Positions 9,895 through 20,456 of a stretch of DNA of 64,000 nucleotides are shown piece after piece (position 1 is the first letter of the stretch; every line of letters starts with the position of its first letter). This DNA is from Caldisericia bacterium (GTDB lineage: Bacteria; Caldisericota; Caldisericia; JAAYUI01). The stretch lies in the NCBI GenBank assembly GCA_963674785.1, contig OY771555.1:1-64000 (forward strand), read 5' to 3'. Under the pieces are notes generated by a model that saw nothing but the letters and a program-made list of their open reading frames with translations, ran no database searches and was not told the origin of the DNA. Made by a program: the position numbers and the translations under genes.

Positions 9895-10875
9895 ATGAAG
9901 ATGAAAAAAGTTGGTGTGGTCTTTGGTGGTGTAAGTGCCGAACACGATATTTCCATAGCTACAGCAAAAAATGTTGTGGAGAAAATCCAAAGAGATCGAT
10001 ATCAGGTTTTTCCAATATACATTTCAAAATCAGGGGAGTATGTTTTTGGCAAAGAAGACCAGTCAGTTAGGGAAGTGTTGCTTCAAAAAACCATTCCAAT
10101 TTGTGATACAATTTCCTGTTTCCAGAGAATGAACGTTGTTTTCAACGCTCTTCATGGTCCTTTTGGGGAAGATGGGGTTTTCCAGGGATTTTTAAAAACA
10201 ATCGGAGTCGCTTGTACTGGTTCAGAATCAGCAAGCTCATCCCTTGCAATGGACAAAATGAGGGCAAAATTTGTTATGCAGGCAAACGATATTCCTGTCC
10301 CGAAAGGTGTCTATCTAAAATCCCCAGATGATAATATTCCATTTTTCCCAGTAGCTATAAAACCAAACCAAAATGGATCATCATATGGTATTTCGATTGT
10401 AAAAAGAAAAGAGGATTTGGAAGAAGCTATAAAGGATGCTTTTAAATACGATGATATTGTGATTGCAGAAGAACTTCTCACAGGCCAGGAAATCACTTGT
10501 GCTGTGATGGAAAAAAACAAGTCAGACATCAAAGCACTTCCAGTGACCCTCATTGAACCAAAGGTAGGTGAGTTTTTTGATCTCAGAGCAAAATACGAAA
10601 AGGGTGGTAGTATCGAAACAACACCAGCTCCAATCTCAAAAAAAGCAACACTCCTAGCTCAAGAACTGGCACTCAGAACACATAAAGCAATTGGATGTAA
10701 TGGAATAACTCGAACTGATATGTTTCTTGATAAAAACGATAATATTAAAGTAATCGAGATAAATACTCTCCCTGGAATGACAGATACATCTCTTGTCCCA
10801 CAAGCAGCATCAGTTATTGGAATATCATTTCCTGAACTTTTATCAATAATTATCGAGGAAGCACTGAATAGATGA
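9895..10875 (+). CDS. ddl: D-alanine--D-alanine ligase
   Basis: FGGVSAEHDIS, ALHGPFGEDG, AMDK, KPNQNGSSYG, FFDLRAKY, EINTLPGMT. Start moved to 9895 based on the SD. Confidence 0.95.
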   Translation: MKMKKVGVVFGGVSAEHDISIATAKNVVEKIQRDRYQVFPIYISKSGEYVFGKEDQSVREVLLQKTIPICDTISCFQRMNVVFNALHGPFGEDGVFQGFLKTIGVACTGSESASSSLAMDKMRAKFVMQANDIPVPKGVYLKSPDDNIPFFPVAIKPNQNGSSYGISIVKRKEDLEEAIKDAFKYDDIVIAEELLTGQEITCAVMEKNKSDIKALPVTLIEPKVGEFFDLRAKYEKGGSIETTPAPISKKATLLAQELALRTHKAIGCNGITRTDMFLDKNDNIKVIEINTLPGMTDTSLVPQAASVIGISFPELLSIIIEEALNR

Positions 10876-12044
10876 CCCAGAAAAAAAAGTTGATAACTCT
10901 CATTATTGTCATTGTTTTCATATTATTCAATATTCTTTTGTCTCAAGAACACCAGGTTATGATCGACTTCAACGTAATCGATGTATTTGATGGATCATCA
11001 ATTTCAGCTGACATTACAATGGAATCCATTGAAAAAGATATTTACACCTATAAAACCAACTCACGTCTAATAACACAAATACTCCCCGGTGGATACAACA
11101 TCAAAGTTGAAGCAGAAAACCACAAACCGCTGAATTCATTTCTGAGTATCGATAACTCATTTTCTCACGATGTGACAATATCAATGCATCCGATTGGAGT
11201 TTTTTGGGGATATGTCAGAAATTCAATAACAATGAAACCAATCGAAAATGTCTCAATGACACTTCAAAAAGGTGACAAGATTGATGAGACAAAAACAGAT
11301 AAGAACGGTTATTATTCATTCCACGTAACTTCTGGTAAGTATTCATTAGAAACGAATCATAAAGAGTACAAGGAATACAAAAAAGACTACTATGTAGACC
11401 CGGGTTTAGAGTTTATCGAGTCAATAAACCTTATCCAAACGGATGTTTCAAAAGTTCTCATATCAGATTATGCATCATACTCAATAAGCGGTAATAGGAA
11501 CGGTAAGGTAGCCAGATACGCCGATTCAACATACCTGAAAATAAAAAAGAATCTTGATGGACAGTATCTGCTTGAGCAATCATATGTTGCTGATGGAAGA
11601 TCTGGTAAAAACCTCATTTTGTTTGACGGAAAAGATGCCTGGATTGCAGAAGGCGAAGAGTTCATTCCGGAGGAGTTTGTCAAACAAACTCCGGAGTTTG
11701 CAGAGGCAACAAAACTTCTCATCAAAACAAACGAAGACTTCATGGACTATATTAACCAATTGAGGTTTGAGGATTATGCCGAGGTGACAATCCTTGGGGA
11801 GGAAACCATAAATAATATCCTCTGCGATAAAATCCATGTGTATGTAAACGACCCCGGCTCCTGGATCGGATGGGTGGATTTTGATGTCGATATTTATGTT
11901 ATGAAAACAGGTAAACTAAGGGGACTTCCAACAAAGATAGTTGGCATAACAAAAGGTAGTGACGAGGTTGGTCACAGATTCAAACTAAACTTAGACCTTT
12001 CAATCACTGATGTTGGAAATTCATTCACATTCCCAAAACCTTGA
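10872..12044 (+). CDS. Membrane-anchored protein with carboxypeptidase-regulatory-like repeats and a possible LolA/LppX-like C-terminal domain
   Basis: N-terminal TM; GYVRNSITMKPIENV...TDKNGYYSF; GEETINNILCDKIHV. Confidence 0.65.
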   Translation: MTQKKKLITLIIVIVFILFNILLSQEHQVMIDFNVIDVFDGSSISADITMESIEKDIYTYKTNSRLITQILPGGYNIKVEAENHKPLNSFLSIDNSFSHDVTISMHPIGVFWGYVRNSITMKPIENVSMTLQKGDKIDETKTDKNGYYSFHVTSGKYSLETNHKEYKEYKKDYYVDPGLEFIESINLIQTDVSKVLISDYASYSISGNRNGKVARYADSTYLKIKKNLDGQYLLEQSYVADGRSGKNLILFDGKDAWIAEGEEFIPEEFVKQTPEFAEATKLLIKTNEDFMDYINQLRFEDYAEVTILGEETINNILCDKIHVYVNDPGSWIGWVDFDVDIYVMKTGKLRGLPTKIVGITKGSDEVGHRFKLNLDLSITDVGNSFTFPKP

Positions 12045-12079
12045 TAATTTCGTAAAATCCTGCTAACATCACTGTCGCT

Positions 12080-12676
12080 ATGAAGAAACTAACCATAATC
12101 GCTTTTGTTTTTGTCTTTATGTTTTTGGGAGTTGCATCCGTTTCTGCAGTAATCGAAATGAAACCCGGTTCTTCCGATATTAAAATTGATGGTTTACCTT
12201 GCAAGCTAAATTCCACAATTCCAAACGTTGGCGGAACCGCGATGATTTCTACAAGATTGCTTGCAATTGAAGGCGACTACGAAATCAAAGAAGAAGCCGG
12301 TTGGCAAGTTTTTTACGATGCCTCGGGAACTGCTATTCTCAAAGTAAAAGACGGGACACAAAATGCAATTGGTTCTGATGGAAAAAGTTTTGAACTGGCA
12401 AAACCCGCATACATACACTCTTATAATCTTCAAGTCCCAGCAAAACAGGTCGCTGAAGTGCTTGGGATGAAAGTCGTTTGGGACGAAAAAAAATCAGATT
12501 TTCCACTTTCAATAACAAAGCAGATGGTAGTCGAAAGAAAATCCTGGGCAGATAACCTTGTTTCAAAAATGGGATCAGAGTTTTTCTTCTTCCTGACACT
12601 TGGACTAATTCTTTTTTTCATAATCGCATTTTTTATCCTTACTCCTCTCAAAAGAAAATATTGGGGACAAGAATAA
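12080..12676 (+). CDS. Secreted protein with degenerate copper-amine-oxidase N-terminal (stalk) domain and C-terminal TM anchor
   Basis: Signal peptide; PAYI...LQVPAKQVAEVLGMKVVWDE; C-terminal hydrophobic helix followed by KRK. Confidence 0.7.
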   Translation: MKKLTIIAFVFVFMFLGVASVSAVIEMKPGSSDIKIDGLPCKLNSTIPNVGGTAMISTRLLAIEGDYEIKEEAGWQVFYDASGTAILKVKDGTQNAIGSDGKSFELAKPAYIHSYNLQVPAKQVAEVLGMKVVWDEKKSDFPLSITKQMVVERKSWADNLVSKMGSEFFFFLTLGLILFFIIAFFILTPLKRKYWGQE

Positions 12677-12683
12677 TATATAA

Positions 12684-14303
12684 ATGCCTGTAAAATTGAG
12701 TTTCTATGGTGGTCAGAACGAAATCGGTGGGAACAAGATTCTGCTTGATGATGGTGAAACCAGATTGTTTCTCGATTTTGGTCAATCGTTTGGGTTTGAA
12801 GGAAAGTATTTTGATTACCCATTTTTACAACCTGGATTAATCGACGATCTCCATCTGATAAATGCAATCCCAAATATCCCCGGGTTATATGCAACTGAGG
12901 GAAGAAATCAGGTCTATGACGAAATTGGTTTTGCAGGACTTGATGGGATTTCTGAAAAAAGAGAGGTTGATGCAGTCTTGATCTCTCATGCACATCTTGA
13001 CCATGTTGGATATTTGGGGCTTTTAAGACCGGACATCAAACTTTTCGGTAGCCACATCACAGGCCACTTTATGAGGCTCAGACGCGAAACCTTTGAATCA
13101 TGGCAGATGAAATATGACCTAGACAGCTTTGTTGGACTCGACGAAGGGCAATGCTTTGAAGTAGGAAAAGCAAAAATTACACACTTTGGAGTTGACCACT
13201 CAATCCCAGGTGCGTCTGCATTCATAATCGAGATGGATGGATTGACGATTGGTTACACCGGAGATTTCAGACTACACGGAAGAAGACCTAATCTTACTAA
13301 AAACTTTATCAATATGGCAAAATCTGCTGGTATTGATTACCTACTCTGTGAAGGAACTCGAATTGAATCAGTAAAAGACCCCCAAACCCCAGAAGAGAAA
13401 CTTGAATCTCACGGGTTGCCAAGTGAGGCAGCTGTCGAGAGCAAACTGACCGAGATATTAAAGGATTCAAAAGGGTTTGTGGTTTACGATGGATCACCTG
13501 CAGACCTTGACCGAATGGAAATGGTTATCGAAACAGCAAAGATATTTGGCAGAGAAGTAGTAATTGATGCAAAAAAAGCTTATCTGACCGAGGGGATTAA
13601 CTGCTCAACATATCATTATCCAAACCTTGAAAACTTTGACCAATGCCATCTTCTGCTATCGAGAAAAAAATACAGTGTCAGTAAAACCACTCTCAATAAT
13701 ATTGCTTCCGGAAAACCTGTCAGAAAACAAAAGAAGGATGAGAGTGATGATGAATATAGCAGATACAATGCAATAATCGACACACTTCTCGAATACCCAA
13801 ACACATACATCGAAACCTTTGAAAAAAATCGACTTAAGTATGAGAAAGCTGTAATTGAAAGATTCGAAAAACTGACAAGCAGAAATGGTATGCCGAAAAT
13901 CCTTTGGGGTAAAAATGGTCGAGAAGAGATAATCAAAAACAAAAAGGATATCCTCCTCTACACAAGTTTTGGACCAAACTCCTTAATGCAGATTGGAAAA
14001 GGGATTGATGGCACATATATCTACGGTAAAGCCGAACCCTTCAACGAAGAGATGGAGATTTCTTTTTCAAAGCTTGCATCCTGGTGTGAACTCCTCGGGC
14101 TTGATATCGAATATGCTCATACATCTGGACACGCAAACAGGGACGACCTGGAATGGACATTGAAAGAGATTAAACCAAGATTTCTTCTTCCAATCCACAC
14201 AGAGAAATCTGAGCTTTTTGAATCAATCTATGATAAAGCATTCAGGTACAAAACAAACGCTTCAATCGAACTTACACAAAATGGACCTCAACTGATAAGT
14301 TAG
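12684..14303 (+). CDS. MBL/beta-CASP fold hydrolase, RNase J-like
   Basis: GGQNEIGGN, DFG, SHAHLDH, VDHSIPG, TGDFRLHG, CEGT, HTSGHA, PIHTE. Confidence 0.85.
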   Translation: MPVKLSFYGGQNEIGGNKILLDDGETRLFLDFGQSFGFEGKYFDYPFLQPGLIDDLHLINAIPNIPGLYATEGRNQVYDEIGFAGLDGISEKREVDAVLISHAHLDHVGYLGLLRPDIKLFGSHITGHFMRLRRETFESWQMKYDLDSFVGLDEGQCFEVGKAKITHFGVDHSIPGASAFIIEMDGLTIGYTGDFRLHGRRPNLTKNFINMAKSAGIDYLLCEGTRIESVKDPQTPEEKLESHGLPSEAAVESKLTEILKDSKGFVVYDGSPADLDRMEMVIETAKIFGREVVIDAKKAYLTEGINCSTYHYPNLENFDQCHLLLSRKKYSVSKTTLNNIASGKPVRKQKKDESDDEYSRYNAIIDTLLEYPNTYIETFEKNRLKYEKAVIERFEKLTSRNGMPKILWGKNGREEIIKNKKDILLYTSFGPNSLMQIGKGIDGTYIYGKAEPFNEEMEISFSKLASWCELLGLDIEYAHTSGHANRDDLEWTLKEIKPRFLLPIHTEKSELFESIYDKAFRYKTNASIELTQNGPQLIS

Positions 14304-14391
14304 TTTTATTCTCCAATATAACTTATAAAACATATTTAAACACAACAAAGATAGCTTGACATGTACGTGAATCCATGTTTTCATGTATAGC

Positions 14392-16779
14392 ATGAAGCTA
14401 TTAGTGTCATCCATCTTAGTTGCTGCCTTGATTGTTAGCCCGATAACATCGGCCAATTGGGAGTTTGACAGGGGCAACGTAAACCGAACAGGAGCTTCAT
14501 CTGAAATAATCATCCCTCCATTAATGGTATCAAAAGACGATACAACCGGAAAAGACTTTGAATTGAGCCTTGGCGGGGAAAATGAAGAGGTAACCAATTG
14601 CGCCCCGGTAATTTCAGATAATGTTCTGGTAATTGGAACACATAGTGGATACATATATGGAATTCATGCGAAAAACTTCAAAAGACTCTGGCAAGACAAA
14701 ACAGATTCAGAGGAAGAAGTATACAGATACTCTGCATGTATTGAGGATGAAAAGGTTTATATCGGAAACCGACTTGGAGAGCTTTCATGTCGAGACTTGA
14801 TCTCAGGAAAGGTTATCTGGGAAGAAAAGTTTGATGGATGGATAACGACATCACCACTCATAACTGATGGAGACAAACTTCTTTTTGGAACAAACGAAGG
14901 ATATGTCTATCAGGTAAACAAAAAAAATGGAAAGCTTTTCTCAAACGGGAAAAGTGAACAGCTCATTGGCCCTGTTTATGGTCTTGCCTGCACAGGGGAA
15001 GATGACAATAGAGTATTTGTTGGCTGCGGTGGTGATGTAAGAAAAGAAAATTCAAGAAATCTTTACTGTCTAAACACCATCAATCTTCAAAAACAAAAAT
15101 GGAATACCCCAAAGGACGCAGGTGGAGCAATACATTCAAACCCTGTTGTTTATGAGGACAAGCTTTACCTCATTTCTTCAAAACTTGATGGAGAAGAGAC
15201 AGAAAGGAAAAAGTATCACAACTACTTGGCATGCTTCGGGATTGATGATGAAAATGATGGTCATAGATACTGGATTTCAGATCCCTACGAAAACGAGTTA
15301 TGGGCATCACCAGCAGTTCACAACAATATGGTTGTAACAAGGTGGAGCGATAGCTTTATAAGGGTTTTTGACGTAGATGGAGGCGGAGACCCTGAGAGTT
15401 CACTAAACATGTGGGTTCATGGCTCCCCGATGATTTCCGGAGATTACGCCTATTTCTCAGATAAGGATAGCAATCTGATTGTTATCAACTACATGACTGG
15501 TGAACAATCTCAGAAGCTCAGACTCTGCAGCCAGAAGAGCAATGAAAAAATCTACATCGACGCATCGGGAAACTCCCCAATCATTGCAAATGGATATGTT
15601 TACTTCGTCAATACTCTTGGACAGCTTTACAAACTTGAAGCAGCGCCAAAAGGAAAACTCACAATCAACAAAACAGAGATTGAAACAACAACAATCGACC
15701 AGTTTGAATACGAGCTAATTGTTGAAAACAACCGAACCAAAAATGAGGTTTCACATACCAACCTTGTTTGCCAACTCGAGTGGGAGATTGGTGGAGAAAA
15801 ATATGATTCCAGACTTCTTGAAATCCCTCCTGAGGGAAAAGAAGTAGTAAAAATAAAAGGTACTGGTGGTCAATTCGAAAAGTGCGGATCATACGAGATT
15901 CCAATCAACTTTAAAATCAATAACGCACATGAGTTCGAGGTTATCTGGGGAGATAAAACCTCAGAAAAATGGGTGAAGCCCGATGAATTTGAAAAGGATG
16001 AAAACCTAATAAACGATCCTTTGTATGAGAGGAATCTTTCTTTGAACCTTGTTGACCCAACTCCATGCTTGGAAACTGTAGAAACAATTGATCTTGGGGA
16101 CATATGGGATGATGAGATTTCCCAAACCGTTTTTGGTGTAAATGTCAAAAATCCATGCCATGGAAAACTAGAATTTGAAGTATTCAAAGATGGGCAGATA
16201 ACCTTAATTGGAGAAACCGAATACACCGTTGAAGCTGAGGAAGAGATGGATTTGAGGTTCGGTCTTTCAAAGGAAAAGATTGCAGATTCTGGTGAACTTG
16301 AATTTCAAATAATTCTGAAACCAAAAATAATCGACGAAAAAACAATCACAGTGAAAATGAATATCAAACCCAGCAAAAGTGAAGTGGTTGTTCAAATAGG
16401 AAGCACAAAAGCGATGGTCAACGGTAAGGAAAGTACCCTTGATGCTGCACCATACATCACAAAAGGAACCACAATGGTTCCACTCAGATTTGTCTCGGAA
16501 GGTCTTGGTTTTGAACAACCCGAGTGGGTGGCTGAACTTCGAACCATCATCATAAACCTCGGCGGCGGAAGATATTTGAGACTTCGAATCGATAATCAGA
16601 TTGCATTCATCGAAGAACCAGACGGCTCATTAACTCAAAAGGAGCTTGCTGTTGCACCAGAGATAAAAAACGGCAGGACATTCGTCCCATTAAGATTTAT
16701 AGGTGAAACAATTGGAGCACAGGTCGACTGGAACGGCGAGACAAAAGAGGTTACCCTAACGAGAATACTAAAACCCTAA
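14392..16779 (+). CDS. Secreted PQQ-like beta-propeller protein with Ig-like region and C-terminal stalk domain
   Basis: W.F.RGN..RTG start, repeated SP.I/W motifs, C-terminal APYITKGTTMVPLRFVSE and GRTFVPLRFIGETIGAQVDW. Confidence 0.85.
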   Translation: MKLLVSSILVAALIVSPITSANWEFDRGNVNRTGASSEIIIPPLMVSKDDTTGKDFELSLGGENEEVTNCAPVISDNVLVIGTHSGYIYGIHAKNFKRLWQDKTDSEEEVYRYSACIEDEKVYIGNRLGELSCRDLISGKVIWEEKFDGWITTSPLITDGDKLLFGTNEGYVYQVNKKNGKLFSNGKSEQLIGPVYGLACTGEDDNRVFVGCGGDVRKENSRNLYCLNTINLQKQKWNTPKDAGGAIHSNPVVYEDKLYLISSKLDGEETERKKYHNYLACFGIDDENDGHRYWISDPYENELWASPAVHNNMVVTRWSDSFIRVFDVDGGGDPESSLNMWVHGSPMISGDYAYFSDKDSNLIVINYMTGEQSQKLRLCSQKSNEKIYIDASGNSPIIANGYVYFVNTLGQLYKLEAAPKGKLTINKTEIETTTIDQFEYELIVENNRTKNEVSHTNLVCQLEWEIGGEKYDSRLLEIPPEGKEVVKIKGTGGQFEKCGSYEIPINFKINNAHEFEVIWGDKTSEKWVKPDEFEKDENLINDPLYERNLSLNLVDPTPCLETVETIDLGDIWDDEISQTVFGVNVKNPCHGKLEFEVFKDGQITLIGETEYTVEAEEEMDLRFGLSKEKIADSGELEFQIILKPKIIDEKTITVKMNIKPSKSEVVVQIGSTKAMVNGKESTLDAAPYITKGTTMVPLRFVSEGLGFEQPEWVAELRTIIINLGGGRYLRLRIDNQIAFIEEPDGSLTQKELAVAPEIKNGRTFVPLRFIGETIGAQVDWNGETKEVTLTRILKP

Positions 16780-16784
16780 TTGAG

Positions 16785-17225
16785 CTAGTCTCTGGGGAAG
16801 AAGTCATCAAAAGTTTTTTTGATTTTTTCCTTTGCGTCAACAAGGATTTTCCTCAGACTTTTGCCAAGTTCTCTCTCTTTGTATTCGTCCATTGATTCAT
16901 TGACCTTCATCCTTGCATCCTCGATGAATTTGTCCATATCCTGTCTTGAATCATATACGATATCGCTGAGATTCTGATAAAGCTTGTCGAGTTGATGAAT
17001 AACTTTCCTGTCCTCAATAGAGTCTCTCAGCTCGTGATATTTTTCTCTGAACTCTTTCTTTGTCCTCTCAATGATGGAGTCCATCTTGTCACCCATCTTT
17101 GCAAGTTCGTGCCAGAGATTATCAACATCCAGATTTTCTTTTATCTTGTCATAAACGCTTTGGAGATCCTCTGCGCCCTTACTTATTATGTTCAAAATAA
17201 TATTTTCGTTTTTCTTATCGCTCAT
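16785..17225 (-). CDS. Hypothetical alpha-helical charged protein
   Basis: Strong AGGAGG SD; amphipathic helical pattern. Confidence 0.7.
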   Translation of the reverse strand: MSDKKNENIILNIISKGAEDLQSVYDKIKENLDVDNLWHELAKMGDKMDSIIERTKKEFREKYHELRDSIEDRKVIHQLDKLYQNLSDIVYDSRQDMDKFIEDARMKVNESMDEYKERELGKSLRKILVDAKEKIKKTFDDFFPRD

Positions 17226-17335
17226 AAATACCTCCTTTCATCCATAAAGACAGTTTATTTGATAAATAATTACATTTCAACGTTTCACTTCCCTTTACTC
17301 TTTGAAAGGTTCCAAATTTCATATAAAATTATGTT

Positions 17336-18601
17336 ATGGATTATGAGAAAAAAGACGAAATAATTCCGCTTGCACACAGGATGAGACCAGAATCAATCGA
17401 AGAATTCATTGGTCAATCCAAGTTGATTGGTGAAAACAATCTCATCAGAAAAGCGCTTGATGGAAATCCAACATCGCTGATTTTCTGGGGACCTCCAGGC
17501 ACAGGGAAAACAACTCTTGCAACCCTGATTGGGAAAAATGCAAAAAGACCTGTAATCAATATCAATGCTGTTTCAACAGGTATACCAGCACTAAGAAAAA
17601 TTCTAGCGGAGCATGAAGATACCAACCCAATTCTCTTTATTGATGAAATCCACAGATGGAATAAGGCTCAACAAGACTACCTTTTACCGAAGGTTGAAAA
17701 TGGTGAAATCACAATCATCGGATCAACAACAGAAAATCCATATTTTGAGGTAAATGGTCCTCTTCTATCTAGAGTCAGAATATTGAGACTCGAATCACTA
17801 AACGATGAAGACATCAAAACAATAATAAAAAATGCTGTTGAATCAAAAAAAGGGTTTGATGGAAACATTGAAATTCCTGATGATGTCATGGAATTTATTG
17901 TTGGAATCTCAGGAGGAGATGCCAGGTCAGCCCTGAATATTCTTGAAGAGCTTGAACTTCACAACAACAATGGCTCAGGGATTACCACCCTAAAAGTACC
18001 CGATAATGAGTTCATCAGAAGACTGCCATACGATAAAACAGGTGATCAGCACTATCAAATAATCTCTGCATTCATAAAATCACTCAGAGGTTCTGACCCT
18101 GATGCTGCGGTATACTGGTTGGTCAGAATGACGGCAAGCGGAGAGGATCCAAAATTTATCGCAAGGAGAATGTTGATACTTGCCTCGGAAGACATTGGTC
18201 TTGCAGACCCCTGGGCAATCCTTATGGCAAATGCTTGCTTTGATGCTGTTGAAAGAATTGGCATGCCAGAATGTGAATACAATCTTGTTGAAACAGCAAT
18301 CTATCTTGCTCAAGCTCCAAAATCGAATTCATCAGCCATTGCGCTCGGAAATGCAAAAGCTGCTGTATCCAAATCGTCTCCGCCTGTTCCAATGCACCTT
18401 AGAAATGCAAGCTTTAAGGCAGCAAAAAAACTTGGTTATGGAAAAGATTACAAATACCCACACAATTTCCCCGGTGGGTTTTCAAATCAGGAATATCTAC
18501 CCCAGGAACTCAAGGGGATAAAGATATATGAACCTTCTGAATATGGCTACGAAAAAAGGATTTTCGAAAGGATGAAATCTAGAGGACAAACTGACAGTTA
18601 A
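17336..18601 (+). CDS. rarA: Replication-associated recombination protein A (MgsA/RarA)
   Basis: PLAHRMRP, WGPPGTGKTT, FIDEIHRWNKAQQD, TTENPYFEV, SAFIKSLRGSDPDAA, ASEDIGLADP. Confidence 0.95.
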   Translation: MDYEKKDEIIPLAHRMRPESIEEFIGQSKLIGENNLIRKALDGNPTSLIFWGPPGTGKTTLATLIGKNAKRPVININAVSTGIPALRKILAEHEDTNPILFIDEIHRWNKAQQDYLLPKVENGEITIIGSTTENPYFEVNGPLLSRVRILRLESLNDEDIKTIIKNAVESKKGFDGNIEIPDDVMEFIVGISGGDARSALNILEELELHNNNGSGITTLKVPDNEFIRRLPYDKTGDQHYQIISAFIKSLRGSDPDAAVYWLVRMTASGEDPKFIARRMLILASEDIGLADPWAILMANACFDAVERIGMPECEYNLVETAIYLAQAPKSNSSAIALGNAKAAVSKSSPPVPMHLRNASFKAAKKLGYGKDYKYPHNFPGGFSNQEYLPQELKGIKIYEPSEYGYEKRIFERMKSRGQTDS

Positions 18602-18604
18602 GAT

Positions 18605-18633
18605 TTGCATAAATTAAGATTATGTGATACAAT
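18605..18633 (+). promoter_or_regulatory. Sigma70 promoter with extended -10 for the lipoprotein pair
   Basis: TTGCAT-N17-TACAAT with TGn. Confidence 0.65.
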
Positions 18634-18680
18634 TGTCCACCGAAATAACCTTCGGGAAAAACGAAAGGAAGGCTCATATA

Positions 18681-19259
18681 ATGAAGAGAATTTTTACACT
18701 TTTACTTGTTGTTTTGTTGGTGTGTGGACTGGTTGTTGCATGCGGTGGAGAGAAAGAAAATCCTGAACCAAACGGTGACATCATTGATGAGCAGCAAACA
18801 AATGCTGCCCCAGAAACAACATCAACAAAAGCTACCAAGACATTTGAAAATGTTGTTGACCAAGAAGACTATACAATCGAGTACCCAAACAACTGGGAAG
18901 TTGAAGATGTCGACGATGAAATCACTTTGAAACCAATGGATGATGATATCTACTTAACTCAGATAAAAATCTACAGAGAATACCAGCCTGGTCTCTCAAG
19001 CAACGACATTGATGCCCTCATCGAAGAGACAAAAAAGATCATGGAAGAACAGCAAGGCGAAGATGAACTTTACTTCGAGTTTGACAAAATCAAATTTAAT
19101 GATTACGACACGATGAAAATGTCAATGGAAATGATGGGGATTAACATCGAAACCTACAATATTCCGATGAATGATGTTCTTATGATTCTTGCTGTCAACT
19201 TTGAAGAAAGCACTGAAGCAGAAGTTAGAGATATCTTGAAAACATTTAGACTTAAGTAG
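18681..19259 (+). CDS. Lipoprotein, PsbP/DcrB-like fold
   Basis: Lipobox VVAC; YTIEYPNNWEV motif; SD AGGAAGG. Confidence 0.7.
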   Translation: MKRIFTLLLVVLLVCGLVVACGGEKENPEPNGDIIDEQQTNAAPETTSTKATKTFENVVDQEDYTIEYPNNWEVEDVDDEITLKPMDDDIYLTQIKIYREYQPGLSSNDIDALIEETKKIMEEQQGEDELYFEFDKIKFNDYDTMKMSMEMMGINIETYNIPMNDVLMILAVNFEESTEAEVRDILKTFRLK

Positions 19260-19280
19260 TCAAAAAGCATAAGGAGAAAA

Positions 19281-20369
19281 ATGAGAAGATTTACAGTTTT
19301 TGCAGTAGCATTGTTGCTTGCGGTTGGACTTTTTGTAGGCTGTGGTGGTGGAGAAAGTAGCTCAAGCTCCAGTAGTAGCTACACTTTCAAGTCGGATTTC
19401 CCAAATGTTCATGATGGCGAATTCTTCAAGATTGGTTATCCAGATAACTGGGAAGTCAAGGACGACCCAATGTCTGGTGGTTTAACAATCTCTCCAATCA
19501 GTGAGGACTCTGAGGATGAAGGGGAAGAATTCAATTTCGACATGACCTCAATTACAATCATGGACATGAAGTCCGAGGGTACCAAACGTGGTGATCTCTC
19601 TGAAATCGAAAAACAGATGATGGAAGAGGGCGGCGAAGAAGCCATGGAGATGATGGACATTGAAAAAACCACACTCTCAGGTGAGAAAGCTCTCAAGATG
19701 AGTATGACCTTCCTCATGGAAATTGAAAGCTACACCATCCCAATGGATGGTTGGACAATCTCAGTTGCGATGTTGGGCGGAGATGAAACAGCAAAGAAAA
19801 TCCTCGATACTTTCACAATTACAAACCCAAACTATGATGGCAGCAAAGATATGATGGACGTGGGTGATGACGAAGACTTTGAATGGGGAAATGACGACGA
19901 AGAAGAGATCGTATGGGATGATGAAGAAGAAACCGAAATCGACCTTGCAGTTGGCGAAGACTACGAAGGTGAATACTTCACAATGACAATTCCAGAAGGT
20001 TTTGAAATCAACGACGAAGATCCGGACGAGATCATGTTTGATAGTCCAGATTTCATGATGATCGTTGCATGTGATGAAGAAGAAGGATATATATGGAGCG
20101 ATACCGATATACTCAAAGAAGAAGTTGAAGAAGAGATCAATTCTGGTGAGATCAGTGTTGTTGAAGAAATTGAAATTGGATTCAATTCAGCACTTTGGCT
20201 TGAAGGTGAAGATTCTGAAATGAGCATGGTCATGGTCGGAATCCCAATGACTGATTGGATAATCACAATCATGGGAAGCGGATTCACAAGCGATGAAGCA
20301 AAAGAACAGTTCAAATCAATGGTCATGACATTTGATGTAACAGACATGTTCTACAAAGGAATGGAATAA
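19281..20369 (+). CDS. Acidic lipoprotein with two PsbP-like domains
   Basis: Lipobox FVGC, poly-Ser linker, FKIGYPDNWEV and FTMTIPEGFEI. Confidence 0.7.
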   Translation: MRRFTVFAVALLLAVGLFVGCGGGESSSSSSSSYTFKSDFPNVHDGEFFKIGYPDNWEVKDDPMSGGLTISPISEDSEDEGEEFNFDMTSITIMDMKSEGTKRGDLSEIEKQMMEEGGEEAMEMMDIEKTTLSGEKALKMSMTFLMEIESYTIPMDGWTISVAMLGGDETAKKILDTFTITNPNYDGSKDMMDVGDDEDFEWGNDDEEEIVWDDEEETEIDLAVGEDYEGEYFTMTIPEGFEINDEDPDEIMFDSPDFMMIVACDEEEGYIWSDTDILKEEVEEEINSGEISVVEEIEIGFNSALWLEGEDSEMSMVMVGIPMTDWIITIMGSGFTSDEAKEQFKSMVMTFDVTDMFYKGME

Positions 20370-20403
20370 GTACTGATTAGTTTTTTTTGATACAAACACA
20401 AAC

Positions 20404-20432
20404 AAAACCCCCACCTTTCGGTGGGGGTTTTT
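20404..20432. terminator. Bidirectional intrinsic terminator
   Basis: AAAACCCCCACC-TTTC-GGTGGGGGTTTTT between convergent genes. Confidence 0.9.
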
Positions 20433-20456
20433 AATTCTCATCAGTATTTACGTACT

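Noticed and set aside
10561-10600. Possible D-Ala-D-Lac (Van-type) ligase
   Set aside because: The omega loop keeps KY (FFDLRAKY) and no van genes are adjacent.
19436-20347. Ser/Ile-rich antisense ORFs here and throughout (e.g. 25655-26236, 47426-47722)
   Set aside because: Shadows of GAA/GAT-rich sense genes, with no SD or motifs.
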